Source of the DNA: a virus | Lineage: Duplodnaviria > Caudoviricetes | DNA: 32,202 bases | Strand: one strand, 5' to 3' | IMG/VR virus record: IMGVR_UViG_3300031996_000191 | Span: 1 to 32,202 of that record | Part shown: positions 9,108-19,998 of the stretch, one piece after another | Layout: every line of letters begins with the position of its first letter | Position numbering within the stretch: position 1 is the first letter of the stretch | Made by a program: the position numbers and the translations under genes | The notes under the pieces: model-generated | Seen by the model: the letters and a program-made list of their open reading frames with translations, nothing else | Database searches by the model: none | Told to the model about the DNA's origin: nothing

Positions 9108-9884
9108 ATGGACAAAAAAGTAAAAAGAATCCGGCCAAAGGATTATGAGCTGTCAACGGTTCAGGACAACCTAGCAAACGCTGTCGATCAGCTTTTAGGC
9201 TCCAGTACCCCTTCTAGTCAAACCGGCCCGCTTGTCTTATCTCCTTCGCTAAAAAATGTTGCAGGCCCAGGTACAGCACTTGTGCTAGACCAGCCCGGCT
9301 TGACCGTTAACGGCAATCCGACCGATTCTACCGGTAATGCCGTAGTTCTCGGCAATCCCGCAACCGAGACAACTCCGCAGTATCCTGCGGCGGTTAAGCT
9401 TTATGGCAGTATTTCTGCAACGGGTCCGATCGTTACGGATAGCGTAATTGCAGGCAATTCCGTCCAGGCCCTGACTGTTAACAGTTCGGCAGGATTTAAG
9501 GCGCCCCTCGCCGTTGGCAGCTTTTACAGCACGGCTCCTGTAGCGGGCGCTTTTACCCCAACGGCGATCTTTCTCGTTAATCAGGCAAACGTCACAAACT
9601 TCATCTATTTCAACTATAGGTGGCAGTATCCGGGAAGCATCGTAGGCGTGTCGTGTAACAAGTTTGGCCCAAACAACGGCAGCATCACGCTACGCATCCT
9701 TAAGAACGGGGCCGTCAATTCTGATATCGGAATGGGCGTGCTCGCGGATGGCGCAACGTATTGGGCGGCCTACCCCAAATCGGCTCAATTCGCAGCAGGC
9801 GACACCATGACCGTGCAAGTCGCTACAAGCGGAACAGGCGTCCTAGCTGTACAGCCCTACCTCACTTTAGAAATGAGCGCATAA
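9108..9884 (+). CDS. Virion structural protein (short fibre/spike-like)
   Basis: N-terminal short coiled coil, beta-rich G/S/T/V body, tail-module position. Confidence 0.55.
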   Translation: MDKKVKRIRPKDYELSTVQDNLANAVDQLLGSSTPSSQTGPLVLSPSLKNVAGPGTALVLDQPGLTVNGNPTDSTGNAVVLGNPATETTPQYPAAVKLYGSISATGPIVTDSVIAGNSVQALTVNSSAGFKAPLAVGSFYSTAPVAGAFTPTAIFLVNQANVTNFIYFNYRWQYPGSIVGVSCNKFGPNNGSITLRILKNGAVNSDIGMGVLADGATYWAAYPKSAQFAAGDTMTVQVATSGTGVLAVQPYLTLEMSA

Positions 9885-9885
9885 C

Positions 9886-12800
9886 ATGGCCAGGAACACA
9901 GACCTTCCCGTTAACAAAACTTTCGTCAAAGTTAACCTGACGGGCGGACTCAACGCGAAGCAAGATCCGCACCAGCTTGCGAACGGGCAGCTTAAAACGG
10001 CCGATAACGTTATTTTCGGTGCCGTAGAGGGCCAGGTCACCAAACGGTACGGATGCGAGTCAATTAATCCTCAGGGCGCTCCTTTGCAGGGCGGACCCTT
10101 CAAATCGATCGGCGTGCGAGACAATATCGAACCGCTCGTTTTAGGCGCAAACACCCTAAACAGGTACAACGTCGAGCGCAACCTAAGCACGTCTATCCCC
10201 ACGCCAACACAGGGCCGTCTAGACGTTTCACAGGTTGCGGGCTCTTCAGGGCAAACCCAATACCCTTGGCCTCCCTCTGATCCTTCATGCGCAACGGACG
10301 GAACTCAATACACGTGCGTCGTTTGGCAGGAGCCGAATACGATAGGCGCTTTATGCTTTTATGGCGTACAGGATCTATCTTCGGGAAATTGGATTATTCT
10401 CCCTACGCCGATCCCAAAGAACACTTCTATCGGCGGGGCCAATACGTACATAGGGCAGCACTCTCCTACCGTTAAGTATTATAACGGCGGGTTCTACATT
10501 TTTTATCTTGTAGTAACAAAAGATGCGTCGCTTAACTATTATACGCAATTGGGGTACGGCGTGCTCCCGTTGACGAACTTGGCCGGGGGTTTCACGGTTT
10601 CCTCTACGGCGAGCATTTTCACCGGACAGACTACAAGCGAGATAGTGACCATCTCGCCCAATCCGTACGGATATGATGTCCATATCGCGAACGGCAAATT
10701 TATTAGCTGTGTTGGGCCGTCCTTGGCTGACAAGCAGACCTTCAGCGTATGTATGGGAACCGTGGCTTCTGACGGCAGCCTCAGCATTGCGCAGGTTAAG
10801 ACTTTTGTTACCAGCTTTCCGCTCGCTTGGCAGAGATGCGCCGTTCGATGCGATGGACCCGCCGCAACACCTTATCTGATCGCTACAAGCGGCTGTCTCA
10901 TTTATTACACAGCATCCTTCGTGATGACGAAAAACGAGCTATACGGCGGAAGCGCCCAACCTTTGCCGGTCGACTGCAAATGGCTCCCGGATGGAACGGC
11001 TCTATGGCTTGGTACTGTTGCTCGTGTTGGGCTGCAAACACTAGTGACGCGCCTAACACCAGCTACGGGCGTAACTCAGGAGCTACAGTACCCATCGCCT
11101 GTTACCACGGAAGTTTCGCAGATTCTAAGCCGGCTGTTTACAATCGGGCAAAACAGCAAGATTTATGCGTGGACGGGCGCAGGGGCTCCTTCTAGCGATG
11201 CGGTGTATAACAGCGCATACCTTGCGGAATTCGATTTCACCACGAACAGCGTCGCTACGGTCTGTCGCACTCTGTATATGAAAAACCCTCACATAACAAA
11301 CGGCGATATGATGGTGCCGTGTGACGTAGTGAGAATCGGCAGTACGTCTAAATACGTGACGTTTATCTCTTCGGCGCTTGAGAAGACGAACAACAATTAT
11401 CACACATACGGCGCCCTAAACCGTATCGTATTTGATTTCAACCCTTCACGCTCGACACAGCTATTATCGCTACCGACCGGAGGCACCCTAGGTGCGGGCG
11501 CATATCCCTTCTTTTACGATGGGGTCTCAGTAAGCGAGGCAGGTTTCAGTAATCCGCCCTCAGCGGACGCCGCGCAAAGTTCCCAAACATATACGGGGAT
11601 TTACAGGCCCGCGATCAGATCGGCCGCTTCCGGTCTTGTGGGCGGCACTAGCGCCGTAACAGCGTCCGGGTACATTGAATACTATTATGTGATTTGCTTC
11701 GTCCGGCGCGATTCCTACGGCAATGTGTACCGAAGTGCCCCGTCGCCAGTTATTACGGCTCCTTGCCCTAATGCTTTCAACAAGGTGGACTTTCCGGCGT
11801 ATAACTACAACGGCGGCGGAAACGTGATGATCGAGTATTATCGCTCGACACAAAACGTAACGGGGTCTCATTACTTTATCGGGCAGGCAGCGAACGGACA
11901 GTCCTTTTCGGATCAAACAGGCGATGGCAACACAGCCGTCAAGGGCAACACGTCTATCACGAAAAACCGGCTCGTTTACACGGACGCTAATGAACTGCCG
12001 AATGATCCGCCTCCTGCAATACACCACGCTACTGTGGGCGAATCGCGGGTATTCTTAATTCCCTCAGATGCGCGCAATACGGTGTGGTTTTCCAAAAGGT
12101 TTAGCTCAGGCCGCACAGTAGAGTTCTCGGCCAATAACGTCGTTTCTGAAGGAAGCAACACAGGGCTCTTCACAGCGGTTGCTGTCTTAGACGCAAACGT
12201 TATTGTCTTCAAAGAGGACCGGATTGTTTATCTCTACGGCGATGGCCCGGATAACAAAGGCGACGGCAGTTACAACAATTTCCAGCAGATCACCAGCGAT
12301 GTCGGCTGTATTGATCCTGCGTCAGTTGTGACCGTTCCTGACGGAATTCTGTTTCGCTCGAGACGCGGCATAGAAATGATAAATCGCAGCTTACAGGTCA
12401 CTTACATCGGTTCACCCATTGAGCCGATTCTAAAGACCTTGGGGCCCATGTCCTCTTCTGTGGTCGTGCCGGAGTATTCTCAGGTTCGCTTCGTGCCGCA
12501 GACAGCAGGCAAGCCTGTTCTCGTTTTCGATTATAAGCGCGGAGTTTGGTCTACCTTCTCGAATATGGCGGCAGTGAGCGCCAGGTCGATTCTAGGCGCA
12601 TATTGGTGGATTGCGGCCGATGGCTCCAAAGTCTACCGAGAGGTACCAGACCTCTACACAGACGATGGTGCGCCCATTGTGCTCACTTTGGAGACACCTG
12701 AGATACCTGTAGGTTTAGGAGGCGTCCAGGGTTGGGGAAGGGCTTATCGGATGGCTCTCTTAGGAGACTATTATTCGGAGCATATCCTTAACATTTCCTT

Positions 12801-13044
12801 CGCCTACGATCATGCGGCGGATTATACCGATGCGGTCCAATTCGACACGCAAACGGGACTTATTCCCGGGGACGAGGTTTATCAGTTTAGGTGTTCGCGG
12901 TTGCCCAGATCGGTGATGCAGACCCTTCGGATAAAGATCACAGAATCTGGAACAGTAGGTCAGTCTTGTGCTATTTCTTCTATAGCACTCGAGGTTGGCT
13001 CCAAAAACGGGTTGGCTAAACTCGCCGCCCAGAAAACGGTTTAA
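9886..13044 (+). CDS. Tail nozzle / tubular protein B-like (P22 gp10 / T7 gp12 class)
   Basis: 1052 aa, N-terminal GGLN...L..ADNV...G.V.KRYG, beta-propeller-like repeats, DVGCID motif. Confidence 0.7.
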   Translation: MARNTDLPVNKTFVKVNLTGGLNAKQDPHQLANGQLKTADNVIFGAVEGQVTKRYGCESINPQGAPLQGGPFKSIGVRDNIEPLVLGANTLNRYNVERNLSTSIPTPTQGRLDVSQVAGSSGQTQYPWPPSDPSCATDGTQYTCVVWQEPNTIGALCFYGVQDLSSGNWIILPTPIPKNTSIGGANTYIGQHSPTVKYYNGGFYIFYLVVTKDASLNYYTQLGYGVLPLTNLAGGFTVSSTASIFTGQTTSEIVTISPNPYGYDVHIANGKFISCVGPSLADKQTFSVCMGTVASDGSLSIAQVKTFVTSFPLAWQRCAVRCDGPAATPYLIATSGCLIYYTASFVMTKNELYGGSAQPLPVDCKWLPDGTALWLGTVARVGLQTLVTRLTPATGVTQELQYPSPVTTEVSQILSRLFTIGQNSKIYAWTGAGAPSSDAVYNSAYLAEFDFTTNSVATVCRTLYMKNPHITNGDMMVPCDVVRIGSTSKYVTFISSALEKTNNNYHTYGALNRIVFDFNPSRSTQLLSLPTGGTLGAGAYPFFYDGVSVSEAGFSNPPSADAAQSSQTYTGIYRPAIRSAASGLVGGTSAVTASGYIEYYYVICFVRRDSYGNVYRSAPSPVITAPCPNAFNKVDFPAYNYNGGGNVMIEYYRSTQNVTGSHYFIGQAANGQSFSDQTGDGNTAVKGNTSITKNRLVYTDANELPNDPPPAIHHATVGESRVFLIPSDARNTVWFSKRFSSGRTVEFSANNVVSEGSNTGLFTAVAVLDANVIVFKEDRIVYLYGDGPDNKGDGSYNNFQQITSDVGCIDPASVVTVPDGILFRSRRGIEMINRSLQVTYIGSPIEPILKTLGPMSSSVVVPEYSQVRFVPQTAGKPVLVFDYKRGVWSTFSNMAAVSARSILGAYWWIAADGSKVYREVPDLYTDDGAPIVLTLETPEIPVGLGGVQGWGRAYRMALLGDYYSEHILNISFAYDHAADYTDAVQFDTQTGLIPGDEVYQFRCSRLPRSVMQTLRIKITESGTVGQSCAISSIALEVGSKNGLAKLAAQKTV

Positions 13045-13046
13045 TC

Positions 13047-13841
13047 ATGGCTTCTACAGGCGACGCAATTCTGGGTTCGGCAGGCTTACTTGGCACATGG
13101 GATTCGAGAGGAGCCGCAGCGGCAGCGGAAGGCCAGGCCCGCAATAATCAGCAGGCTCTGCAAAACTGGACCGATATGCAGGGGTACCTAGGCGGTTACT
13201 CTAGCTCCCTAGCTAACACCGATTATATGCGGCAGGCCCAAAATCAGTACCAATACCAACAGGCCAACTACGAGGATCAACAGCACGCGGCGGGTATGCT
13301 TTACAATCAAGCGACTGGTGCGGCGCCGTCTATGGCTGACTTGCAAATGCAGGCGGGTTTGGGCCAGGCGAACAACGCCGTCCAATCGGCTATGCTTTCG
13401 CAGCAAGGTGGTGTTGCCCCCGGTTTGAGCCAGCGCAACATGCTAAATGCCCAGGCGGCTCAAAACGCCGGAATTGTATCCACAGGGCAAGCGAACCGCG
13501 CAAACGAACTTTCAACGGCTCAGGTCAATTATGGCAACCTTTTGGGCAACATGGGCCAAACCGCTGCCGGCATGACAAATCAGCAGCAAGCCTTTGGAAC
13601 CCAGCAGTATAACCAGGGCATCACAAACCTCGGATACCAGACAAACGCGAACAATGCTGTGCAAGCGAACAACACTGCCAATAACACCACGAATTATGCG
13701 GCTCAGATGGATAACGTCCGAGGCGCGTCTGGAGCGAACGGAGCCCAATTTGAAGCTATGGGGAATTTAATTGCCGCGGGAGCCGGGGCTTTGGCAAACG
13801 GCTATAGCTTGAGCCCGAACGCGGTACAGAACCGAAGGTGA
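13047..13841 (+). CDS. Gln/Asn/Ala/Gly-rich internal virion (ejection) protein
   Basis: Composition and position after nozzle. Confidence 0.6.
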   Translation: MASTGDAILGSAGLLGTWDSRGAAAAAEGQARNNQQALQNWTDMQGYLGGYSSSLANTDYMRQAQNQYQYQQANYEDQQHAAGMLYNQATGAAPSMADLQMQAGLGQANNAVQSAMLSQQGGVAPGLSQRNMLNAQAAQNAGIVSTGQANRANELSTAQVNYGNLLGNMGQTAAGMTNQQQAFGTQQYNQGITNLGYQTNANNAVQANNTANNTTNYAAQMDNVRGASGANGAQFEAMGNLIAAGAGALANGYSLSPNAVQNRR

Positions 13842-13849
13842 GGTAAAAC

Positions 13850-14146
13850 ATGAACCCGTACCAAACACAGTATTCTCAAGGGCTTGTACCGGCAATTCAG
13901 CAAATGCAGCCTATGCAGCAGGCGCAGCAGTTGGGTGCGCCTAACGCACCTAACGCCGGACAGGATGCCTATTTGTCTGCTTTGCAGGCTCAGATCAAAG
14001 CGACCCAACAGGCCCAAGCTGAAAGCATGGAGGACTATCAGGATCGCATGGCCCAAAGTAAGAAAAAAGAGGGCGGCGGCGGCTTTTGGGGAGCATTGGG
14101 CGGGATCATTGCAAAAGCAGCTCCTATCGTATTGGCGGCACTATGA
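13850..14146 (+). CDS. Small Gln-rich virion protein with hydrophobic C-terminus
   Basis: GAGG RBS; ends GGFWGALGGIIAKAAPIVLAAL. Confidence 0.65.
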   Translation: MNPYQTQYSQGLVPAIQQMQPMQQAQQLGAPNAPNAGQDAYLSALQAQIKATQQAQAESMEDYQDRMAQSKKKEGGGGFWGALGGIIAKAAPIVLAAL

Positions 14147-15894
14147 CACCAGAAATCATCCGATCCGTCGCTCAGGCCCTTTTGTCTTCACCCCAACCGC
14201 AACGGACAGTTTCGCCGTTTCAGCCTGAAATGCAGGCTGCTCGAGCAGCGGTAGACAATATGCCGCTAAGTAACGAAACTGCCGCCGCACAGCGCCCGTT
14301 GGTGGCTCAAGCCCAAAGCCAAGAGATAATCAAGGCAGAGGCTCAACGGCAGCTTGCGGCCCAAAACGCACAAGCAGCCCCGGCACCGGCACCAGGCCAA
14401 CCTGTAGCTGCCGCGGCACAACCGGCAGTTCCTGAGGATCTTACGACTCCGATCCCTATGTCGGAAGATGATACGCCTTTGGGTCCGGATGGTCTTCCTC
14501 TCACTCCTGAGGTGTTAATCCAACAGGCTAAGGAAAAGCGGGATTCTGACCTAAAAGAAAGTTCCACCATCGCAGGGATGCAGCGCAAGGCAGCGGCCGA
14601 TACCATCGCTGTCGATCGCGATATCCAAAAAGCTTCGCAACCGGCTGAAGATGTCCTGCATAACCGGATTGAAAAGAACTACAACGACCTGCAAGGTGCG
14701 GCTGTAGAGGTAGACGAACACGCAAAAGCGGCGATCGCGGATTATCAGCAGGTCCAGGTCGAAATGAAAAAACACGCCTTGTCTCAGCCTCAAGACATTT
14801 GGGGTCAGTCCGGCGTGAACAAGATGATGGGTACCGCAGCGATCTTTTTCGGCGGTTATGGTGTAAACGGCAGGCACGCTAACCATAACCTCGAAATGAT
14901 CAACAGCATGGCCGATCGTGCCGTTGCGGCGCAAAAGGAAAGATTCGAGCAGCTAAAGGCTGTGGGCGAGGGAGACCGGACGCTTTACGGAATGTTGCAG
15001 CAACGGTTGCAAAATGCCCAAGCTGTCAGCGGCACCCTAAAAAACATGGCGCTCGAATCTTACACAGGTACGCTGCGATCTATTGCAAATCAGTATGCCG
15101 ATCCGAAATGGAAGGCGGCCGTTGAAACGCAAGCGGCGAAGATCAGAGAAGAGCAAAACGCTCGCGACGTTCCTATCGGCCAAAGCTACATCAACAACAG
15201 TCAAAACGCTTTGAAGCTGCTTGGGCACCAAAAGGCTCTAGAGGTCGCACAGGTCGCACTTAAGCAAAAGCAGGATCAAAAGCAGCTAGAGAACGGCATT
15301 GCCGGTTACAAGGGCTATATGGGCAATAAGTCCGAACACGCCAAAGTTGCCGAGATGGTGTCTGGTGGTCGCACAATGATCGCGGCAGCCAATCATATGG
15401 CCAATGCTCTAAACTCCCCAATGACGGTCGCTAAGTACCGCCAGCTTATTACTGAGTATGCGCTCCAGTTCTCAGGCGCACGTAAATTCCTTCAGACCGG
15501 TACGCGAATTGAAGAAGGTGAGCAGAAGATCATCGATGCGCTCAACTTGCTCCCGTCTGAAGCAACGATGGCATCTTTGAGCCAGGAAGACATTTCCGGA
15601 ATTAGAGCCAAGCTAGATGCTATTCGCTTCTTAATCAGAGAAGGCATGGATATCAACGTTGATACCTATGCGCCGGGTACAATGGTGCCGGACGAGAACG
15701 ATCCAATAACCGGTCCTTGGGGCCCGTCACGCAATCCTTTGATTGGTGACCAAGAAACCGCCGCATTGACGGCTAAGGGCGCGAATCCGGCAGCTAAGGG
15801 ACAATTTGCACTTGACGCCCTTCCTAACGCTGACGGCACAGGAAACGCTCCCCCCGCCGTTGTGAAGGCCCCGGATGAAAGGTTTGCAGGATGA
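14143..15894 (+). CDS. Internal virion (ejection) protein
   Basis: ATGA-coupled start at 14143; Ala/Gln-rich helical protein in the ejection cluster. Confidence 0.6.
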   Translation: MTPEIIRSVAQALLSSPQPQRTVSPFQPEMQAARAAVDNMPLSNETAAAQRPLVAQAQSQEIIKAEAQRQLAAQNAQAAPAPAPGQPVAAAAQPAVPEDLTTPIPMSEDDTPLGPDGLPLTPEVLIQQAKEKRDSDLKESSTIAGMQRKAAADTIAVDRDIQKASQPAEDVLHNRIEKNYNDLQGAAVEVDEHAKAAIADYQQVQVEMKKHALSQPQDIWGQSGVNKMMGTAAIFFGGYGVNGRHANHNLEMINSMADRAVAAQKERFEQLKAVGEGDRTLYGMLQQRLQNAQAVSGTLKNMALESYTGTLRSIANQYADPKWKAAVETQAAKIREEQNARDVPIGQSYINNSQNALKLLGHQKALEVAQVALKQKQDQKQLENGIAGYKGYMGNKSEHAKVAEMVSGGRTMIAAANHMANALNSPMTVAKYRQLITEYALQFSGARKFLQTGTRIEEGEQKIIDALNLLPSEATMASLSQEDISGIRAKLDAIRFLIREGMDINVDTYAPGTMVPDENDPITGPWGPSRNPLIGDQETAALTAKGANPAAKGQFALDALPNADGTGNAPPAVVKAPDERFAG

Positions 15895-18536
15895 GCCAAA
15901 CTGACGGCACCGCTGACAATGGAGCGCCCTCCTTCTCTACCTACGGTATCAAAGATACCGATAAGGTAGTGGTCTATGATCCGAAAAGCGAAGGGCTTAA
16001 GCTGGCCTCAGGCGCGCAAGCAAAAATGTTTGCAGCCCAAGGTTATAAGATTGGGCCTGAAGCAGAGTACGAAGCTACAAAAAACGACCCTTTGACCAAA
16101 GTCGGTACGTTTCTCTCTCATGCGGGAAACATGGGCAGCTTCGGTCTTTTGAATACCGGGCTTGCCGCTGCCGGAAGGCGCGAGGATTTACTAAATATAC
16201 AGGAAGGATCTCAGGCCAATAAAGGCACAGCCCTAGTTGGAGATCTAACCGGTATCGGCGCTTCTATGATCGGCGGCGGTTTAGCTGGCGCAGTAGAAGC
16301 AAAGGCGGGGCAGTACCTAGGCGGCACAGCTTTAGGGAAAGCGGCGCAATCGGCAGTTGGCACCGGAAAGTTAGCGAATCTCGGAAAAGCAGCCCTTCGC
16401 AACAGTGCGCAAGGGATCGGCGCCGCAGCGTCAATGGGTGTATCGAATCAGCTTACCGAAGATTCGATCATGAAGCATCCGATTACAGCGGAGCGTCTAG
16501 CCCAGTCCGCTTTTTCTGAGATCCTTTGGAACGTGGGCTTTAACAACGCCACGCACGGAGCCATCGCTATCCCCAAGGTTCTCCGTTCTCTCGGCGGCGA
16601 CCTTATCGACGGGCTTGAGAAGATAAAGCTGTTTAAGCGCAAACAGATACCCGTACCCGCTGCGCCGCAAGACGGTCCACAAGTTGCCGGATGGACAACA
16701 AAGGTTAAACGGGTCAGCCAAGACGTAGAAACGACCGATACGACGGCGAGAGCCTTCGAGCGCGAGCTAAAGGACACAAAGGGCAAAACAAACACATACG
16801 ACCATGAACTTAAGAAAACCGGTACTGTTGTCACCGATGACGATATGGTGAAGAACAAGACCAGTACCAGGGTAACGACCAGCCGGCCCAAAATCACCAA
16901 GACCGAAGAAGCTGTGGCTGCGGAAGCCGCGAACCTTGAGCCGATCAATACCAAGGCGGCTCAAGATCCTAAGCATTATTTTGAATGGGAGGATGAAACT
17001 CCTGATGATAAGCGGAAGATCCTACGCGCGGCGATCAAGCATAAACTTGAAAAAGTCGACGGCCACATGGATATGTGGGACGAGCTATATAAAAACGAAA
17101 CCAAGATCTTAGACGCAAAAAAGCAGATTAAAGTAGGTAAGAACGTAGAATTGAACGAGGAGCTTGTCCGGTCGTTGCAAAACGAAAAGGAGGCTGCAAA
17201 GGATCTTCTCTCCGAAGCGCATCCTACGATAATGGACGGGGAAATGCCGTCGCCAGGCTTCCGTGAGCTAAACGACGAGTATGCGCGCACTTATGGCAAC
17301 ACCCCCCTCAATGACCTAAAGATGCCCGGTTTCGGCGCAAAGGTTCCCCCTGTAAAAGCCGCTAAGGCAAAACCCGTTAAAGGCAGGAGCAGCGAAAGCA
17401 CAACAACCGGCAAGGAAACCGTAAACAAAGACAAAACGGTACAATCGGATTCTTTGCTCACAGAGAACAGCCAACGTGTACAAGATGAAGAACGTAAACT
17501 TACTGACGTTATAGTCGATGACGTTAAAAAGACTCGCGCCGTAAAAGGCGACACATATACAGACGAATTTGCAGTTCGCTGGAAACCGCCAAAACTGCCG
17601 AAACAGTACACGGATGGCGATATTCTTTCGCCGTTCGGCTATAGTCTACCTACAGCTATTGGCACCCTGAGCCACCTTGCAGGACCGTTGGCTCCGGTAG
17701 GCTATGCCGTTTCTAGCGGAATGCTAGGAGCCAATGCCGTTGCCACCTTGGCCAATCATCGCAACTTTATCGGACCCCATTTTGAGAGATTAGGCACAGC
17801 GTTGGTGAAGGGCATTGCCTACCCTGTTGAGCTAGGGGCTCGCACATACCGCCAGCAAAACAAAAAATCCGTTGTACCGGCAAGCTATGATACGGCTCAC
17901 TACCATACAGCGACACAGGCAATTAACTATGCAGCTACGAATCACGAGGCAGTCCAGGCAGCTATAGAGCGAAAGTATCCTAACGTCGCTAAAGAGCACC
18001 CTGAGACGATCGCGCAGGTTACGGCCACGGTTATGAAAGCCGTCCATGCCCTAGATCAACAGACGCCTAAAAAGCCCTTTGATCCTACACTACAGGAGCA
18101 ATCCTTTGCCCCGCCTAGGGCGCAACAGGTTAAGTTTATGCGCATGTGGCGTCTAGTCTCTAACCCTGACGAGGCGTTAGGCGGCACCGATCCGCAAACA
18201 GCCGAAATGCTCAAAACTGTGTTTCCCGCCTGGCATGAGCAAGCGGCGCAGGAATTGACCCATAAGGTGCAAACCTCTAAGAAACGTGTGCGTGGGCGCC
18301 TTGCTCGCCAAGTTAGCACTTTTACCAATACTCACGTCCGCTCCACGGACGACCCTAAGGCGCTCAAAAGGCTTCAGGAGACAGCAGGGCCAGCCCCTAG
18401 GCCACAACAGGGCCAACAGGGTCAGCCAGGCCAGGGCGGCCCAAAATCGACAGGCGGAGGAAAGTCCGCTAAAATCTCAAATCAGGCAGCAACTCGAGAT
18501 GCGACCAACATTCAACAACGTCAGCTAGGGGGCTAA
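15891..18536 (+). CDS. Large internal virion (ejection) protein
   Basis: 881 aa; ATGA coupling; Gly/Ala-rich hydrophobic helices flanking a charged central region. Confidence 0.6.
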   Translation: MSQTDGTADNGAPSFSTYGIKDTDKVVVYDPKSEGLKLASGAQAKMFAAQGYKIGPEAEYEATKNDPLTKVGTFLSHAGNMGSFGLLNTGLAAAGRREDLLNIQEGSQANKGTALVGDLTGIGASMIGGGLAGAVEAKAGQYLGGTALGKAAQSAVGTGKLANLGKAALRNSAQGIGAAASMGVSNQLTEDSIMKHPITAERLAQSAFSEILWNVGFNNATHGAIAIPKVLRSLGGDLIDGLEKIKLFKRKQIPVPAAPQDGPQVAGWTTKVKRVSQDVETTDTTARAFERELKDTKGKTNTYDHELKKTGTVVTDDDMVKNKTSTRVTTSRPKITKTEEAVAAEAANLEPINTKAAQDPKHYFEWEDETPDDKRKILRAAIKHKLEKVDGHMDMWDELYKNETKILDAKKQIKVGKNVELNEELVRSLQNEKEAAKDLLSEAHPTIMDGEMPSPGFRELNDEYARTYGNTPLNDLKMPGFGAKVPPVKAAKAKPVKGRSSESTTTGKETVNKDKTVQSDSLLTENSQRVQDEERKLTDVIVDDVKKTRAVKGDTYTDEFAVRWKPPKLPKQYTDGDILSPFGYSLPTAIGTLSHLAGPLAPVGYAVSSGMLGANAVATLANHRNFIGPHFERLGTALVKGIAYPVELGARTYRQQNKKSVVPASYDTAHYHTATQAINYAATNHEAVQAAIERKYPNVAKEHPETIAQVTATVMKAVHALDQQTPKKPFDPTLQEQSFAPPRAQQVKFMRMWRLVSNPDEALGGTDPQTAEMLKTVFPAWHEQAAQELTHKVQTSKKRVRGRLARQVSTFTNTHVRSTDDPKALKRLQETAGPAPRPQQGQQGQPGQGGPKSTGGGKSAKISNQAATRDATNIQQRQLGG

Positions 18537-19982
18537 ATGTCTCGTGTAATTACATATAATCCGGATGGCAGTATTGCCTCAGTTACCGATACAGAAGCCT
18601 CGACTGGCGGCGGATCGGGCGATACGGGCGGCGGCTCCACAGGACCGTCAAACGGCGCAACCGGCACCATTGCGGCCAGCAGCATCACCAACAGCGGGAG
18701 TACGAACTTGACCGGGAATCTGACCGTTGGGGGTACATCCAATCTAACGAAGGCGGCGACCCTTACCGGGCTGACAAACAACGGAACGTCCGCTCTCAAA
18801 GGGAATACCTCCGTAACGGGAACATTTGGCGTAACAGACACTACGACGCTCGGCACCACAAACGTAGGCGCATTGACGGCCACCGGAGTTACAACCCTAA
18901 GCAGCGGTTGCGCCGTTATAGGTGACCTTGGAGCATCCGGGCAGCTAACCGGCGCTTCTCTGACTACGAGCGCAAACGCTCTTGTCGGCGGCGATTTAAC
19001 AGTTACCGGCCCTTCTAACGTTGCGGCCGTAAATGCGTCCGGTCTTGTAACAGCGGCGAATCTTAAGCTTAACAGCGGCGGCGCTCTTACTTTCCCGGAT
19101 GGCACGACACAAGCGACAGCATCGACTGGTGGTGGCGGCGGCGCGCAGAGCAATACATTCGCAACCGGTATCAATATCACTGGCGGCGCAGTTACTTACC
19201 CGGACGGCTCAACCCAGGCTTCGGCTCCCGTTAATATGCTAACGAGCCAATCCGCGGGATTCGGCCCGGCTGTTATTAGCACGACCACGGTAGACGTCGC
19301 GGGCGTATATTGCACAATTCCCGGAGCCCCAGGCGTAATCGCTCAGTTTGTGCCCACGTACAGCACAAGCTTAATGGGTATGTCGTTCATAAATAATAAT
19401 GCCACAGCCCTTACTCTTAGATTGGCTGACCAAACGACAAGTAGCTGGGTTTATACCGTAAACCTTCCGGCGAGCACCGCGAGCTATTTCGGGCCGTTTA
19501 CGGTTAATCAGTACCCGATGCCTGCCGGACACAATTTTAGGTGGAACGTAAGCGCAAATAATACAAGCGTCTCGAATCTCTACCTTCAGCCGATGTATCT
19601 GGCTCCTGCCGCTTCGCCCTCGTATAACGTTTCCAGTCTGGCGACGGGAGGACTGACTAATGTTGCATTTTCAGGCACTGCTGTCCCCGTTAACGTTATG
19701 GGCACAAGCTCCGGTATGTCTTGGAAGTTGCCGAAAGCGGGGAGCCTTTACAGTTTCACCGTCAATAATCAACACACCAACGCATTGACGGTTGCCTTGA
19801 GTGTTACCGGCGTAGGTAAACCTATCACTGTTTCCGCTCCAGCAAACGCCGTCACTACATTCGGCCCGTACGCCGCTGGTACCTATAATATACCGGCGAC
19901 TGTTCAGACATACTGGGTTGTGTCCGGATCTGGAACAGGTTCAGTTTACATCGATACCCAGATCCTCTTCTCGATCGCCTAA
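18537..19982 (+). CDS. Tail fibre / receptor-binding protein
   Basis: G/T/S-rich repeats (GNLTVGG, GDLTVTG), two (F/Y)PDG.TQA motifs, tandem C-terminal beta domains. Confidence 0.75.
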   Translation: MSRVITYNPDGSIASVTDTEASTGGGSGDTGGGSTGPSNGATGTIAASSITNSGSTNLTGNLTVGGTSNLTKAATLTGLTNNGTSALKGNTSVTGTFGVTDTTTLGTTNVGALTATGVTTLSSGCAVIGDLGASGQLTGASLTTSANALVGGDLTVTGPSNVAAVNASGLVTAANLKLNSGGALTFPDGTTQATASTGGGGGAQSNTFATGINITGGAVTYPDGSTQASAPVNMLTSQSAGFGPAVISTTTVDVAGVYCTIPGAPGVIAQFVPTYSTSLMGMSFINNNATALTLRLADQTTSSWVYTVNLPASTASYFGPFTVNQYPMPAGHNFRWNVSANNTSVSNLYLQPMYLAPAASPSYNVSSLATGGLTNVAFSGTAVPVNVMGTSSGMSWKLPKAGSLYSFTVNNQHTNALTVALSVTGVGKPITVSAPANAVTTFGPYAAGTYNIPATVQTYWVVSGSGTGSVYIDTQILFSIA

Positions 19983-19998
19983 CAAAAAGGAGATTCTT

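Noticed and set aside
18533-19180. 215-aa minus-strand Val/Pro-rich ORF
   Set aside because: Mirror of the Thr/Gly-rich tail fibre codons
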